Part shown: positions 1 through 12,319 of the stretch, piece by piece
How positions within the stretch are numbered: the first letter of the stretch is position 1
How the letters are laid out: every line of letters begins with the position of its first letter
Assembly (NCBI GenBank): GCA_038087875.1
Contig: CM075987.1
Coordinates: 25,546,001 to 25,610,000 of the forward strand
From: Malacoraja senta
Taxonomy: Eukaryota
Direction of reading: 5' to 3'
DNA length: 64,000 bases
Position numbers and translations under genes: made by a program
The notes under the pieces: generated by a model
The model's database searches: none
Seen by the model: the letters and a program-made list of their open reading frames with translations, nothing else
What the model was told of the DNA's origin: nothing

Positions 1-318
1 TGTTCCTGTTTCCTTCAGACCGATGATTGAGTTTTCCATCCCTTGAGGAACAGCTGCCAAGCGCTCCTTTGCATCTGATCGCTCAGAGCCCACAGTCAAC
101 TGCTGTGTAAGACGGATTGCACCTGATAAACATCACCTTAAAGGCTAATTTAAAATTTAGCCGTATGACATTTTTTCATAACCGTTTTTATATTATTTGC
201 TACTTTCCATTTATTTTTCATCTCCCCTAACCTGGCAGCGAGCTAAAAGATCCCACGGGGTGTGGTGTTGGCGTACCCTGCTGTTCCACGCACCCTACCT
301 TGCTGGACAGAAAGCAGA

Positions 319-615
319 GGCGGGCACGGTGGCGCAGCGGTAGAGATGCTGCCTCACAACGCCCAGAGTCCCAGGTTCGATCCTGATCACGGGTGCTGTC
401 TGTGCGGAGCTCGTACGTTATCCCTGTGACCTGCGTGGGTTTTCTCTGGGTGCTCCGGTTACCTGCAACGCTCCAAAGGCGTACAGGATTGTAGGTTAAT
501 GAGATTAGGCAAATTGTCCCTAGTGTGTTGGATAGTGTATGGCATGATCGCTGGTCGGCACGGACTCGGTGGGACTAAAAACCCTGTTTCCACACTGTAT
601 CTCTAAAGTCTAAAG
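319..615 (+). mobile_element. HE1-type tRNA-derived V-SINE
   Basis: A-box-like GGTGGCGCAGCGG and B-box GGTTCGATCC; V-domain (gttatccctgtgacctgcgtgggttttctctgggtgctccgg); LINE-like tail cctgtttccacactgtatctctaaa. Confidence 0.85.
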
Positions 616-1028
616 AGAGAGAAGTCTCGCTGTGCTTGGAGTGAGAGACCAGCAATGATCAGGTACAGCGTGGGGAAGCAGAGTGGTTGAATGCATTTTA
701 CAGTCAGCTTGCAAAACTAAATATGATGGAGAGGAAAATTCAAAGCTTCATTTCCAGACCCATATTCCCCCACTGGGCAACAATGTTATAACAAACTCAA
801 AATAAACTGCCATTTCCATTCTATTTCCACGGGGAATTTTTAATTTCCGAAAGGCTTTGCATGACTCACGACATTTGCCGAATAGATTAAAGGAATTATT
901 TCAGGGTTTGTGCCCTAGTTTTCCTTTGTATGAAAATATAACGCATTTCAATGAACGGAAACAAATAGATGCTGGAAAATATATATTATCCATTCTTTCC
1001 GGTTATGGATGTACACCTCACTCACGTG

Positions 1029-1343
1029 GGCGGCACGGTGGCACAGCGGTACAGTTGCTGCCTTCACACAGCGCCAGAGACCCGGGTTCAATTCCGACTA
1101 TGGGTGCTGTCTGTACGGAGTTTGTATGTTCTCCCCGTGACCGCGTGGGTTTTCCCCGGGTGCTCTGGGTTTCCTCCCACACTCCAACGACGTACAGGTT
1201 TGTAGGTTAATTGCGTTCGGTAAAGATTGCAAATTGTCCCCAGTGTGTGTAGGATAGCGATAATGTGCGGGGATCGCTGGTCGGCGCGGACTCGGTGGGC
1301 CGAAGGGCCTGTTTCCACGCTGTATCTCTAAACTAAACTAAAC
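1029..1343 (+). mobile_element. HE1-type V-SINE, full length
   Basis: tRNA head, V-domain, tail gggccgaagggcctgtttccacgctgtatctc(taaac)n. Confidence 0.9.
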
Positions 1344-1576
1344 CTCCTGTGGTCACCCTTTAATGGGTTGGTTAATTTGACAGGAGGGCCTCACTGATGA
1401 TGCAACTTTTCTACCTGATCGATCTCTGCTGGAGATCAGGTCAATGCCTCAACGAAGGACACCAACAAAGGAAGATCAAACCCAGTGTTGAATGAAGCAG
1501 AGGGTGAGACATTTCAAATGATTACAAGAAAGCACATCAAGCTGACTTGAAGCACTTTCCCAAACTGACATCAACT

Positions 1577-1830
1577 GAAGGATCTGCAGATGCTGGTTTA
1601 CACCAAAGACAGACACAAAATGCTGGAGTAACTCAGCGGGTCAGGCAGCATCGCTGGAGAGAAGGAATGGGTGACGTTTTGGGTCGAGATCCTTCTTCAG
1701 ACTAAGAGTCAGGGGCGAGGGAGACGAGAGATATGAAATGGTACATGGAACAAATGAATAAAAGGTATGCAAAAGGACAAATCAAAGCCAGCAACGATGA
1801 TCAAGGAAATGTGGAGCCCATACTGGTCCA
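1577..1830 (-). mobile_element. PLE terminal-repeat fragment with hammerhead-like motif
   Basis: Reverse complement of ctgaagaagg..ctcgacccaaaacgtcacccattcc...ccagcatctgcag; same family as the 3' end of the GIY-YIG-bearing copy at 17740. Confidence 0.7.
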
Positions 1831-1907
1831 TTGACACTGGAGAAATCGAGGCCACAACACTTGGAATGTTAATAACCATTGTATGAGTGTGTAAAATACC
1901 ATTTACT

Positions 1908-2226
1908 TTAGTTCAGTTTAGTCTGGAGATACAGCAGGGAAACAGGCCCTTCAGTCCACCAATTCCACGCCGACCAGTGATCACATCGTGCACTAGTTCT
2001 CTGTTATCCCAGTTTTGCATCCTACACGATTTACAGAAGCCGATTTATCTACAAACCTGTACTATGTGCGGGGATCGCTGGTTGGCACGGGAATTGGTGG
2101 ACTTGGGAATCGGGAGGAAACCGGAGCACCGGGAGAAAACCCACGGAATCACGGGGAGAATGTACAAACTCCACTTGTGGTCAGGATCGAACCCGTGTCG
2201 CTGGTGTTATGTGGCAGCAACCGTGC
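1908..2226 (-). mobile_element. Degenerate HE1-type V-SINE
   Basis: (tttag)n tail, gagatacagca, ggaggaaaccggagcacccgg, caggatcgaaccc; short internal inverted piece. Confidence 0.7.
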
Positions 2227-2299
2227 AGCAAATTCATCAAAATTCATATTATTCATCAAAATATAGCCCGTTGCTAATGATTCTGACACAACTGATGCT

Positions 2300-2500
2300 G
2301 TCTGGAGTGAAGGGTTGGGTGACTTTTCGGGTCGACACCCTTCTTCAGACTGGCCTTAGTCATCCTTCTTAGTCTGAAGAAGGGTCTCGACCCAAAACGT
2401 CACCCATTCCTTCTCTCCAGAGATGCTGCCTGTCCCGTTGAGTTACTCCAGCTTTTTGTGTCTACCTTCAATTTAAACCAGCATCTGCAGTTCCTTCCTA
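2300..2500. mobile_element. Fold-back pair of PLE terminal repeats
   Basis: gggtgacttttcgggtcgacacccttcttcagact ... agtctgaagaagggtctcgacccaaaacgtcaccc form inverted arms around a ~20-bp spacer. Confidence 0.75.
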
Positions 2501-2954
2501 CCCAATTGACGCTGCTTGCTGTCTTGGTGAAGGAGCTGTTGCCTGGAAGCTACAATCAACAGGTGGAAATGTGCTTCGTTAGTAGATCAATCACCACACT
2601 ACACTGATTAGACTCCAGCACTGTAATTTTGAGTTCACAGTTTCACACAATGCTATCTTTAAACTTTGGAAGGTCGAACGCACAATAAGCAGTGGAGCGT
2701 ACCCTCCGTCAGAGTTAATTAAAGTGCTCCATCAAAAAAGACGCTCTGATTAACTGATTTTTCCCCCCTGGTTGTTGCAACAATCCTACAAGTGTTTGGA
2801 GGTTTTCCATTGTGGTTTCAAACTGTACAGCAGCAGTGCAGGAAAAACTGAAGGACATTCTCCTAAGTTCAAGAATTCCGAACAAACCAACTGTCGGTCA
2901 TGGCAGATGCACCAGGTTACCTTGGAATTGAAAATGTTGCCAAACTGGCACCTC

Positions 2955-3160
2955 TGCCTCAGAGGGCAGTGGAGGCAGGTTCTCTGGATGCTTTCAAGAG
3001 AGAGCTAGATAGGGCTCTTAAAAATAGCGGAGTCAGGGGATATGGGGAGAAGGCAGGAACGGGGTACTGATTGGGGATGATCAGCCATGATCACATTGAA
3101 TGGCGGTGCTGGCTCGAAGGGCCAAATGGCCTACTACTGCACCTATTGTCTTTTGTCTAT
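2955..3160 (+). mobile_element. CR1-clade LINE 3' fragment
   Basis: End of ORF2 (gagagagctagatagggctct..ggatatggggagaaggcaggaacggggtactga) plus 3' UTR as in other CR1 copies here. Confidence 0.75.
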
Positions 3161-3699
3161 TGTGTCTGTATACTGAAGCAAGACACAAAATGCTGGAGTA
3201 ACTCAGCAGGACAGGCATCATCTCTGGATAGCATCTCTGAAGAAGGGTCTCGGCCTGAAACGTCACCGATTCCTTCTATCCAGATCCATCCTGACCAGGG
3301 AAGCTGTCTGTATGGTGTACGTACGTGGGTTTTCCCTGGGAACTCCGGTTTCCTCCCACACTCCAAAGACGTATAGGTTTGTAGGCTGATTGGCTTCGGT
3401 AAAATTGTTCCTATTGTGTGTAGGATAGTGGTAGTTTGCGGGGATCGCTGGTCAGTACGGACTTGGTGGGCCGAATGGCCTGCTTCAAAGACTGCAAATC
3501 TCCAACATAAGGCTCGGATCAAGATAATTAGAGTCATTTTATTTCAATAAAACAGCTTTGTTACTTTGTGTGTAAGATGGAACTGCAGATGCTGGTTTAT
3601 ACCGAAGATAGACACGAAATGCTGGAGTAACTCAGCGGGCCAGGCTGCATCTCTGGTTGAAATTCCTTTTCTCCAGAGATGCTGCCTGACCCGCTGAGT

Positions 3700-4024
3700 T
3701 TGGTTTAGTTTAGAGATACAGTGAGGAAACAGGCCGGTCGGCTCACCAAGTCCGTGCCGACCAGCGATCCCCTCACAGTAACACGACCCTACATACACTA
3801 GGGGCAATTGTACCACTTATACTTATACCAAGACACTTATACCAAACCAATTAGCCCACAAACCTGTACGTCTTTGGAGCGTGGAAGGAAACTGAAGATC
3901 TCGGAGAAAACCCACATGGTCACGGGGAGAAAGTACAAACTCCATACAGACAGCACCCGTAGTCGGGATCGAACCCGGGTCTCCGGCCCTGCAAGGCAGC
4001 AACTCTACCGCTACACCACCACGT
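3700..4024 (-). mobile_element. HE1-type V-SINE
   Basis: Reverse complement of the full SINE consensus seen at 1029-1343. Confidence 0.85.
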
Positions 4025-4728
4025 TGCCCGAGTTACTTCAGCATTTCCCGTCTTGCTTCATTACTTCATTTTCCATGACTATTTTTTTTCTCATCGAATT
4101 AAAAGAATACTTGGTGAACTTCTCCAGATTTCTGCTGAAGGATCGTTGACGACTTTGCCAGTTAACTTAACTTTCATCATTCCCTTCTTATTCAGGGAAA
4201 CGTCCAATGAGCTCTCCTGAATGGCCTTTAACAGTCATGACCTTAAGAAGGAGCGTTAATGAGAAATATATGTGATTGGTTATCTGACAGCAGGCTTCTT
4301 CTCTTTATGCGGAAAAAGGTCACAGAAGGAATAACATTGTTAACTGCGAGAAATGGCAGAGGCAAATCAGTGTTGTAGACTCCCTCCGGCTCAACTGATT
4401 TACCTGGTCTGTCATATATTTCCAGCATTTGATCTCCTGCTTACAGGATGGCGCCCAACACAGGCGACTATTTACGTGCGGGCCACAGAAGCAGATCTAC
4501 AGTCACATATTACAAATCGCTCCACACACTTAAATCTCTACTCATACAGTAACATTCTTTACTTTAACCATGGTCTTCTTAAAATCCTCTCTTCCCAGCT
4601 GTTATCGGGCAACTGAATCATCCTACCACAACCAGAGAGCAGTCCTGAACTGCTATCTACCTCATTAGAGACCCTTGGACTATTCTTGATCAGACTTTGC
4701 TGGCTTAACATTGCACTAAACGTTATTC

Positions 4729-4950
4729 AGGGTGTGGTGGAGATGCCCCTCAAAATAAGGGAAGGTACCCAACGCCAGTGGGCCACATGAGTGGCACGGA
4801 TGGGGGACAGATTCGTAAAATGTGAGCACTGTATATAAACTGTATTGAACAATTTGTATAGCCTCCGAAAATGTCGGATTAATTTTTCGCACGGTTCATG
4901 TATTGTACATATTTATTACCCGAATAAAGTCTATTTTGATATTTAAAAAA
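4729..4950 (+). mobile_element. Poly(A)-tailed retro-insertion (possibly L1/Tx1-like 3' end)
   Basis: AATAAA at 4923-4928, A tail, 11-bp TSD aaacgttattc at 4718-4728 and 4951-4961. Family assignment is inference. Confidence 0.6.
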
Positions 4951-4987
4951 AAACGTTATTCCTTTTTCATGTATCTAGGCACTGTAA

Positions 4988-5201
4988 AGGGCCTGTCCCA
5001 CTTTCACAACCTAATTCACAACCTTTTTTACTCGTGGACATTTTTCATCATGCTAAAAAAACGCCCCGACCTACTTGATGCCACGAGTACCTACGACTGG
5101 CATCACGGCCTACCTACGACCTCGCGACCATGCTGCGAGTACGAGTCAAGGGCAAACTCGGCAGTGGTCGCGAATTAGGTCGTGAAAGTGGGACAGGCCC
5201 T
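4988..5201. mobile_element. PIF/Harbinger MITE
   Basis: ~30-bp TIRs agggcctgtcccactttcacaacctaattc / gaattaggtcgtgaaagtgggacaggccct; 3-bp TSD TAA. Confidence 0.85.
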
Positions 5202-5834
5202 TAAATGGCTCGATTGTAATCATGTATTGATTGCTTGTCTTTCCACTGACTGGTTAGCACGCAACAAACGTTTTTCACTGTAGCTCGGCACACGTGACAA
5301 TAAACTAAACTAAGAAATTGCTGTCTAAATGAAGAACAATAAGATTCTTTGTATTTTGAATTTATAATCTCTGAGGAATGGTTTATAAGTCATTCTAGTT
5401 TGCTGATTTTATAAATTCATTGATTTCAGTGACGTGTAAATCTGGTTTTAATGTCACAACCATGCTTAGCTCATTTTGTTAGTAAAATGTTAATTGTTTA
5501 CAATTTAAATGCTTCCTTTCCAATTCAAAAGGACACCAGATAATCACAGCCGTTCCAATGATGTATCTTTCACAAGACTCAAGCAGATAGATGGTGTAAT
5601 CACTCTGGGAACTAGCTATTTAGTGTTTAGAACTGGGAATTAATGACTTAAGGAAGATGAGCAAAAAGCCTCAGAGGACCCAATAGTGCGGTGCGTAGAT
5701 AGTGGTCTTTCAGTTAGGGATGCAAGATCAAAGCAAGCCCATATCTTAATATCTTTCCACCCTAACTCTATGGATGTATATTTAAAAAAATTGTGAATTC
5801 GTTTCTCAATATTGCGCTGCACTTGTTTAGATTC

Positions 5835-6480
5835 ATAGAGTCAAAGAGTCATACGGTGTGGAAACAGGCGCGTTGGCCCAACTTGACCACACCGACCAAC
5901 CTGTCCCATCCTCACTCGTCCCACCAGCCTGTTTTTGGCCCATGTCCCTCCAAACATGTCCTATCCATGTACCTGTCCAAATGTTCCTTAAACATCATGA
6001 TAGTACCTGCCTCAACCACCTTCTCCAGCAGCTCATTCCATACGCCCACCACCCTTTGTATGTAAAGGTTATGGGGCTGTCCCACTGTACGAGCTAATTC
6101 AAGAGTTCTCCCGAGTTTCCCCTGATTCGAACTCAGAGAATTATGGTAATGGCTGCTCATAGGTACTTGGGGCTCTCGTGGACATTTTTCAACATATTGA
6201 AAAATCTTCACGAGTCTTCCCGAGCTTACCGCGTTTCCCGAGTACCTGCCGTTAGCTTTACGAGCCAATACATACATTCTACGTGCTTACCACGAGTTTG
6301 ATTTTTTTTTTAACTCGGGAGAACTCTTGAATTAGCTCGTATATTGGGATAGGCCCTTTACCTTTCAAGTTCTTATTAAATTGTTCCCCCCCTCACTCAA
6401 ACCAATGTCCTCTGGTTCTTGATTCCACTATTCAGGGCAAGAGACTGTGCATGCAGCCGATCGATTCCTCTCGTGATTGT
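5835..6480 (-). mobile_element. CR1-clade LINE 3' fragment interrupted by a Harbinger MITE
   Basis: Translates to QRVVGVWNELLEKVVEAGTIMMFKEHLDRYMDR (CR1 ORF2 C-terminus). Confidence 0.8.
6072..6357. mobile_element. PIF/Harbinger MITE
   Basis: Long imperfect TIRs (tggggctgtcccactgtacgagctaattcaagagttctcccgagtt / aactcgggagaactcttgaattagctcgtatattgggataggccct); TSD TTA. Confidence 0.85.
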
Positions 6481-6516
6481 GTACGCCTCTACACTATATG
6501 ATTGTTCTTCTTGCAG

Positions 6517-6830
6517 GTCACGGTGGCGCAGCGGTAGAGTTGCCGCCTTACAGCGAATGCAGCGCTGGAGACCCGGGTTCGACCCTGACTACGGGTGCTG
6601 TCTGTACGGAGTTTGTGCGTTCTCCTCGTGATCTGCGTGGGTTTTCTCCGAGATCTTCGGTTTTCTCCCGCACTCCAAAGACGTGCAGGTTTGTAGGTTA
6701 ATTGGCTTGGTGAATGTAAAAATTGTCCCCGGTGGATTAACGGATAGTGTTAACGTGCGGGGATCGCTGGCTGGCGTGGACGGTGGGCCGAAGGACCAGT
6801 TTCTGCGCTGTATCTCTAAACTAAACTAAA
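6517..6830 (+). mobile_element. HE1-type V-SINE
   Basis: tRNA head, V-domain, (ctaaa)n tail. Confidence 0.85.
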
Positions 6831-7169
6831 TATCATGGGATTTTAAGTGATGAGGTGTAGACCAAATGAAGGGAATAGAAGCACATGGTTTTCACCGTGC
6901 TACAGGATGAAAGAGGCCAGAGGTCGTCCAATGACACAGTTAGATTTTGCAAAGATGGGAACAGTTCCGTCCCACTCTTCCCTGCCCATGTAGCAATATA
7001 ATATATCCTTTAACATGCTTCTTCATTGTAACACCTTTCAGATAAATGTTTTGTGATCATCACTGTTATTCCTGGTAATTTGTGGCAAATGCTAATGTTC
7101 TAGATCAAAAGTTAATTTTAAGGGGATTAAAACAATGATTAAAAAAAGTTTAATAATAATGGGCAGCAC

Positions 7170-7463
7170 TGAGCCTTACAGCGCCAGAGACCCGGGTTCG
7201 ATCCTGCCTACGGGTGCTAGTCTGTACGGAGTTTGTACGCTCCCCCCCCCCCGTGACCTGCGTGAGTTTTCTTCAAGATCTTCGCTTCCCTCCCACATTC
7301 CAAAGACGTACCGGTTTGTAGGCTAATCGGCTGGGGATAAATGTAAATTGTCCCTAGTGTGGGTAGGATAGTGTTAGTGCGCGGGGATCGCTGGTCGGTG
7401 CGGACTCGGTGGGCCGAAGGTGCCTGTTTCCGCGCTGTATCTCTAAACTAAATTAAACTAAAC
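7170..7463 (+). mobile_element. HE1-type V-SINE, 5' clipped
   Basis: gccttacagcgccagagacccgggttcgatcc ... gtatctctaaactaaa. Confidence 0.85.
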
Positions 7464-7834
7464 ATCAATAGTGGACCTTGAATTAATTCTAGTTCAAACC
7501 TGATCCTTCCATACCTCACTTCAGAAATGTAACAAAGCTCACTTAACATCCACTTCTGCTTTGTTATCGGAATCTTGATTAGTGCTGGTGTCAGAAGTTA
7601 TGGGGAGAAGGCAGGAGAATGGGGGTTAGGAGGGAGAGATAGATCAGCCATGATTGAATGGCAGAGTTGGCAGAGTTGATTTGATGGGCCGAATGGCCTA
7701 ATTCTACCTTGTATTTCTGCTTGGACTTCTCCTGACTGGTCTTTCATCCTTAACAATCAACCTTAGCAATCGTGCAGCATAATTGAGCTTATTGGCTCCG
7801 ACTATTCCCTTCTATTGCTAAGATTTCTCATGGA

Positions 7835-8310
7835 GACATACAGTGCGGAAACATGCCCTTCGGCCCAACTTGCTCACACTGACCAACATGTCCCATCTAC
7901 ACTAGACCCACCTGCCTGCGTTTGACCCACATCCCTCTAAACCTGTCCTATCCATGAGTCTGAAGTGTCTCGACCTATTCCATTTCTCCATAGATGCTGC
8001 CTGAACCATTGAGCTACTCCAGCCATCTGTGTCTATCTTCAGTGTAAACCAGCATCTACAGTTCCTTCCTGCACACTATCCATGTACCTGTGTAATTGTT
8101 TCTCAAATGTTGCAATAGTCCCAGCTTCAACTACCTCCTCTGGCAGCTCATTCCATACACCCACCACACTTTGTGTGATAAAGTTACCTCTCTGGTTCCT
8201 ATTAAATCTTTCTCCCTTCACCTTAAACCTATGTCCCCTGGTTCTCGATTCCCCTACTCTGGACAAGAGACTCTGTGCATCTACCCAATCTATTCCTCAT
8301 GATTTTATAA
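7835..8310 (-). mobile_element. CR1-clade LINE 3' fragment with nested PLE terminal piece (~7958-8070)
   Basis: ORF 8039..8266: SRVGESRTRGHRFKVKGERFNRNQRGNFITQSVVGVWNELPEEVVEAG. Confidence 0.8.
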
Positions 8311-8325
8311 ACCATGGAACCCATG

Positions 8326-8785
8326 ATTGAACAAGTTAGGTCTTTATTCTTTGGAGCGCAGAAGGTTAAGAGGGGACTTGATAGAGGTCTTTAAAATTAT
8401 GAGCGGGTTAGACAGAGTGGACGTGGATAAGCTTTTCCCATTGAGAGTAGGGAAGATTCAAACAAGGGGACATGACTTGAGAATTAAGGGACAGAAGTTT
8501 AGGGGGAACATTAGGGGGAACTTCTTTACTCAGAGAGTGGTAGCTGTGTGGAATGAGCTTCCAGTGGAAGTGATGGAGGCAGGTTCGATGTTATCCTTTA
8601 AAAATAGATTGGATGGGTATATGGACGGGAAAGGAATGGAGGGTTATGGTCTGAGTGCAGGTAGATGGGACTAGGGGGAAGTATTTTATTTTTAATTAAA
8701 TAAAAAAAATTAAAAAAAATTAAATGTTCGGCACGGACTTGAAGGGCCGAGATGGCCTGTTTCCGTGCTGTTATGGTTATATATG
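8326..8785 (+). mobile_element. CR1-clade LINE ORF2 C-terminus and 3' UTR
   Basis: ORF 8327..8674: LGLYSLERRRLRGDLIEVFKIM...FFTQRVVAVWNELP; tail gggccgagatggcctgtttcc. Confidence 0.85.
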
Positions 8786-9454
8786 ATGAGTACCCTGCAA
8801 GGTAAAAACAAAGGAAGTCTACAATTTTAATTTCCTTTTCATGGTGATGTGCAGAATGATGTTAACATATAATTAAACGATTGGTGTGAATACCATTATA
8901 AACTATAAACACAAGGTGACTGTCCTTCATTTACCTTGCAGTTAATTGATGCCTTGCGTAATCTCTTCTTCACTCATTTAATAAATAATAGACGGAAATT
9001 GTGGAATAAAGAGAGAAAAAAATGTTTGAGATAAAAAAAGCGTAAAGGGTTATAATTCATTAATTTTACTTATTTTCATTATCTCTCAAATTTACAGAAG
9101 GAATTCAATTAAGCTTCAAGCAGAGCAGTAATATTTCACATTGTTAGGTGTTAACATTGCAAAATTCCATCAAGCATCTTCCTCGAAGGTAGCCAAAGAA
9201 TAAATCTTAAAGATATGTTGACTGGACCATTTATTTCCTCCTCCTGTGTTCGGAATAATTGATAGTTTCTTAATGGAAGCCAAGTTCTGCCAGAACATGG
9301 GCGGCCATCTTTGGAGACCTGACAGAGGGAGAATTGATGTGCCGGATCTACTCCGCCATTCAATCATGGCTGATCTATCTCTCCCTCCTAACCCCATTCT
9401 CCTGCCTTCTCCCCACAACCCCTGACACCCACACTAATCAAGAATCTATCTCTA

Positions 9455-9760
9455 GTAACTCAGCCGGACAGGCAGCATCACTGGAGAGAAGGAATGGGTG
9501 ACATTTCAGGTCGAGACCCTTCTTCCATCCTGCACTCAAATTCACTTGGACCATCTCTGACACCTCCCTCCCATTTCTTGTTAGGAATCTCTCTGCATCA
9601 CTGTCTATATCTCTCGTTTCCCCTGACTCTGTCTGAAGAAGGGTCTTGACCAGAAACGTCACCCATTCCTTCTCTCCAGAGATGCTGCCTGCCCCGCCGA
9701 GTTACTCCAGCATTTTGTGCCTATTTTAGATGTAAACCAGCATCTGCGGTTCCTTCACAC
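9455..9760. mobile_element. PLE remnant: inverted terminal arm, RT piece and terminal repeat with hammerhead motif
   Basis: ttccatcctgcactcaaattcacttggaccatctctgacacctccctccca (FHPALKFTWTISDTSLPF) fused to gtctgaagaagggtcttgaccagaaacgtcacc. Confidence 0.7.
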
Positions 9761-10311
9761 ACATTTGTCACAGTTCAGTTCATTGTAACAACTCCTGGTT
9801 GAATTTTCTCAGTCTAATCTTTGCAAAAGTCCTCGTATGTTGCAAAACATACTAGGCGAATAAAGTGCGATTCTGATTCTGATTCTGAAAGGGCTGTGAA
9901 GCCTAAAGATTTCACATTACTGGTCATTGGATTTGCTGAACCAGTCAGCATGGTCACCTTCCCCTAGCTAACGATGATCTATTCTACATTTTCCTTGATC
10001 TGCATTTCCTTCAATTTCTCGTAATGTCACACATCATCCTTTCATATCGCTGTCTCCCTCTCCCCTGACTCTCAGTCTGAAGAAGGGTCTCGACCCAAAA
10101 TGTCACCCATTCCTTCTATCCAGAGATGTTGCCTGTCCCGCTGAGTTACTCCAGCATTTTGTGTCTATTAGAGAAGGATATGGATGTTGCAATAATGGGT
10201 TGATGGGGTTTGTAAATGCTTGAGCCCACGACAATGGTTCAGAGGCCTGATTGTGCTGGAGTATCTCACAGTGTCTGGCAGCATCTCTGGAGAACATGGA
10301 TATGTGTAGGA

Positions 10312-10716
10312 AGTCAAGTCAAGTCAAGTGAGTTTATTGTCATGTGTCCCTGATAGGACAATGAAATTCTTGCTTTGCTTCAGCACAACAGAACATAGTA
10401 GGCATTGACTACAAAACAGATCAGTGTGTCCATATACCATAATATAAATATATACACACATGAATAAATAAACTGATAAAGTGCAGATTACAGATAATGG
10501 GTTATTAATAATCAGAGTTTTGTCCGAGCCAGGTTTAATAGCCTGATGGCTGTGGGGAAGTAGCTATTCCTGAACCTGGTCGTTGCAGTCTTCAGGCTCC
10601 TGTACCTTCTACCTGAAGGTAGCGGGGAGATGAGTGTGTGGCCAGGATGGTGTGGGTCTTTGATGATGCTGCCAGCCTTTTTGAGGCAGCGACTGCGATA
10701 AATCCCCTCGATGGAA
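10312..10716 (-). mobile_element. Rex1/Babar LINE 3' fragment nested in a PLE terminal repeat
   Basis: (caagt)n tail; minus strand resembles the 62540 copy (SRCLKKAGSIIKDPHHPGHTLISPLPSGRRYRSL); flanked by repeated ggaag. Confidence 0.75.
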
Positions 10717-10949
10717 GGAACTGCAGATGCTGGTGTAAACTGAAGTTAAACTCAAAATGCTGGGATAATTCAGCGGGACAGGCAGCTTCACTGGAGAGAA
10801 GGAATGGGTGACGTTTTGGGTTTGGTTACCCTTCTTTCGACCCAAAACGTCACCCATTCATTCTCTCCAGAAACGCTGCCTGTCCCGCTGAGTTACTCCA
10901 GCGCTTCTGGTATATCCTCTGTTTAACTCATCCTTCCATTAGGATAACA

Positions 10950-11465
10950 GAATACTCCATTTGTACCTCACGCTGCCTCAGCAAGGCCAGCAGCATAATC
11001 AAGGACGAGTCGCACCCTGGCCACTCCCTCTTCTCCCCTCTCTCATCAGGCAAAAGGTATAGAAGTGTGAAAACACACACCTCCAGATTCAGGAACAGTT
11101 TCTTCCCAGCTGTTATCAGGCAACTGAACCATCCTACCACAACCAGAGAGCAGTGCTGAACTACTATCTACCTCTTTGGTGACTCTCGGACTATCCTTGA
11201 CCGGACTTGACTGGCTTTACCTTGTACTAAATGTTATTCCCTTATCATGTATCTGTACACTGTAAATGACTCGATTGTAATCATGTATTGTCTTTCTGCT
11301 GCCTGGATAGCACGAAGAAGGGTTTCGGCCCAAAACTTTGCCTATTTCCTTCGCTCCATAGATGCTGCTGCACCCGCTGAGTTTCTCCAGCACTTCTGTC
11401 TACCTAGCACGCAACAAAAGCTTTTCATTGTACCTCGGTGCATGTGACACTAAACTCATTTGAAC
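10950..11465 (+). mobile_element. Rex1/Babar LINE 3' fragment
   Basis: cacgctgcctcagcaaggccagcagcataatcaaggacgagtcgcaccctggccac (RCLSKASSIIKDESHPGH) plus 3' UTR. Confidence 0.8.
11315..11404 (+). mobile_element. 90-bp PLE terminal-repeat insertion
   Basis: aagaagggtttcggcccaaaactttgcc...; 7-bp TSD tagcacg at 11308-11314 and 11405-11411. Confidence 0.75.
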
Positions 11466-11859
11466 TGGAAAGCACTTCCTAACTTCCTCATAATCATTTC
11501 TTTCAGCAAAAAGTGAATAGTTCAAGGAAGCAAATAACTAAATTGTTATAAGGCATTTTTATCTCCAGTGAAGCAACACCTTGCAGACACAACACACAAA
11601 GAAGGATGTGGGCAAGACAATGTGCTCCTCTTAATCTGAAATTGGTTCATTCAAATTATCTCAAAGAAAACGCCCACTGTGCTGTTTCATTTAAATCGCT
11701 TAATTTTCACTGTTGAATAATTCATTCTCGAACAAAAGAAAGCAGCTTTACATTAAGTGGAGTAGCCTAAAGAGGGCCAGATGAAAGTGAATGCTCTTAG
11801 CAGTTATCAAGCCTTTTCAGCCTCCCTTCAATGAAAACATCAGTGTTTACCTAGAGAGG

Positions 11860-11942
11860 GTACACAAAAATGCTGGAGAAACTCAGCGGGTGCAGCAGCA
11901 TCTATGGAGCGAAGGAAATAGGTAACGTTTCGGGCCGAAACA
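11860..11942 (-). mobile_element. 83-bp PLE terminal-repeat insertion
   Basis: tacacaaaaatgctggagaaactcagcggg...cgtttcgggccgaaac; 15-bp TSD gtttacctagagagg at 11845-11859 and 11943-11957. Confidence 0.75.
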
Positions 11943-12319
11943 GTTTACCTAGAGAGGAACTCTGTTATTTTTATTGCCAGTTTTGTGAAGTTTTCGTAAA
12001 CGTTTGAAGTCGGTGCATTTAGACCACAAGGTAATGTGACCCAGACCTTGGTTTTAATTGAAGAATGTGAAGTTACAGACAGTGGAATATGCTCACGATG
12101 CTTCCAATGCAATAACCTTGCCATGTTAATGATGGGCCATTCTTAGTTTTGCGATCAATGTTGGCCAAAACTATATTAGTTTAGTTTACAGTTGCAGTGT
12201 GGGAACAGGCCCTTCGGCCCAACAACTCCGTACCGATCAGCAATTCCCTGTGCACTTACACTCGTTGTTTCCTGTTCTTCTTAAAACACTGAAAAGATTC
12301 ACCGAGCAATCTAGTCGTC

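Larger units (their letters stand above)
4590..5312 (+). mobile_element. Rex1/Babar-like LINE 3' end interrupted by two insertions
   Basis: ttcccagctgttatc..caactgaa..cctaccacaaccagagagcag..gtgacaataaactaaac matches the Rex1-like 3' end at 11100-11460; split by inserts at 4729 and 4988. Confidence 0.7.

Noticed and set aside
1029..1105. tRNA genes at SINE heads
   Set aside because: A/B boxes are present but run into the V-domain and LINE tail in many diverged copies; no complete cloverleaf.
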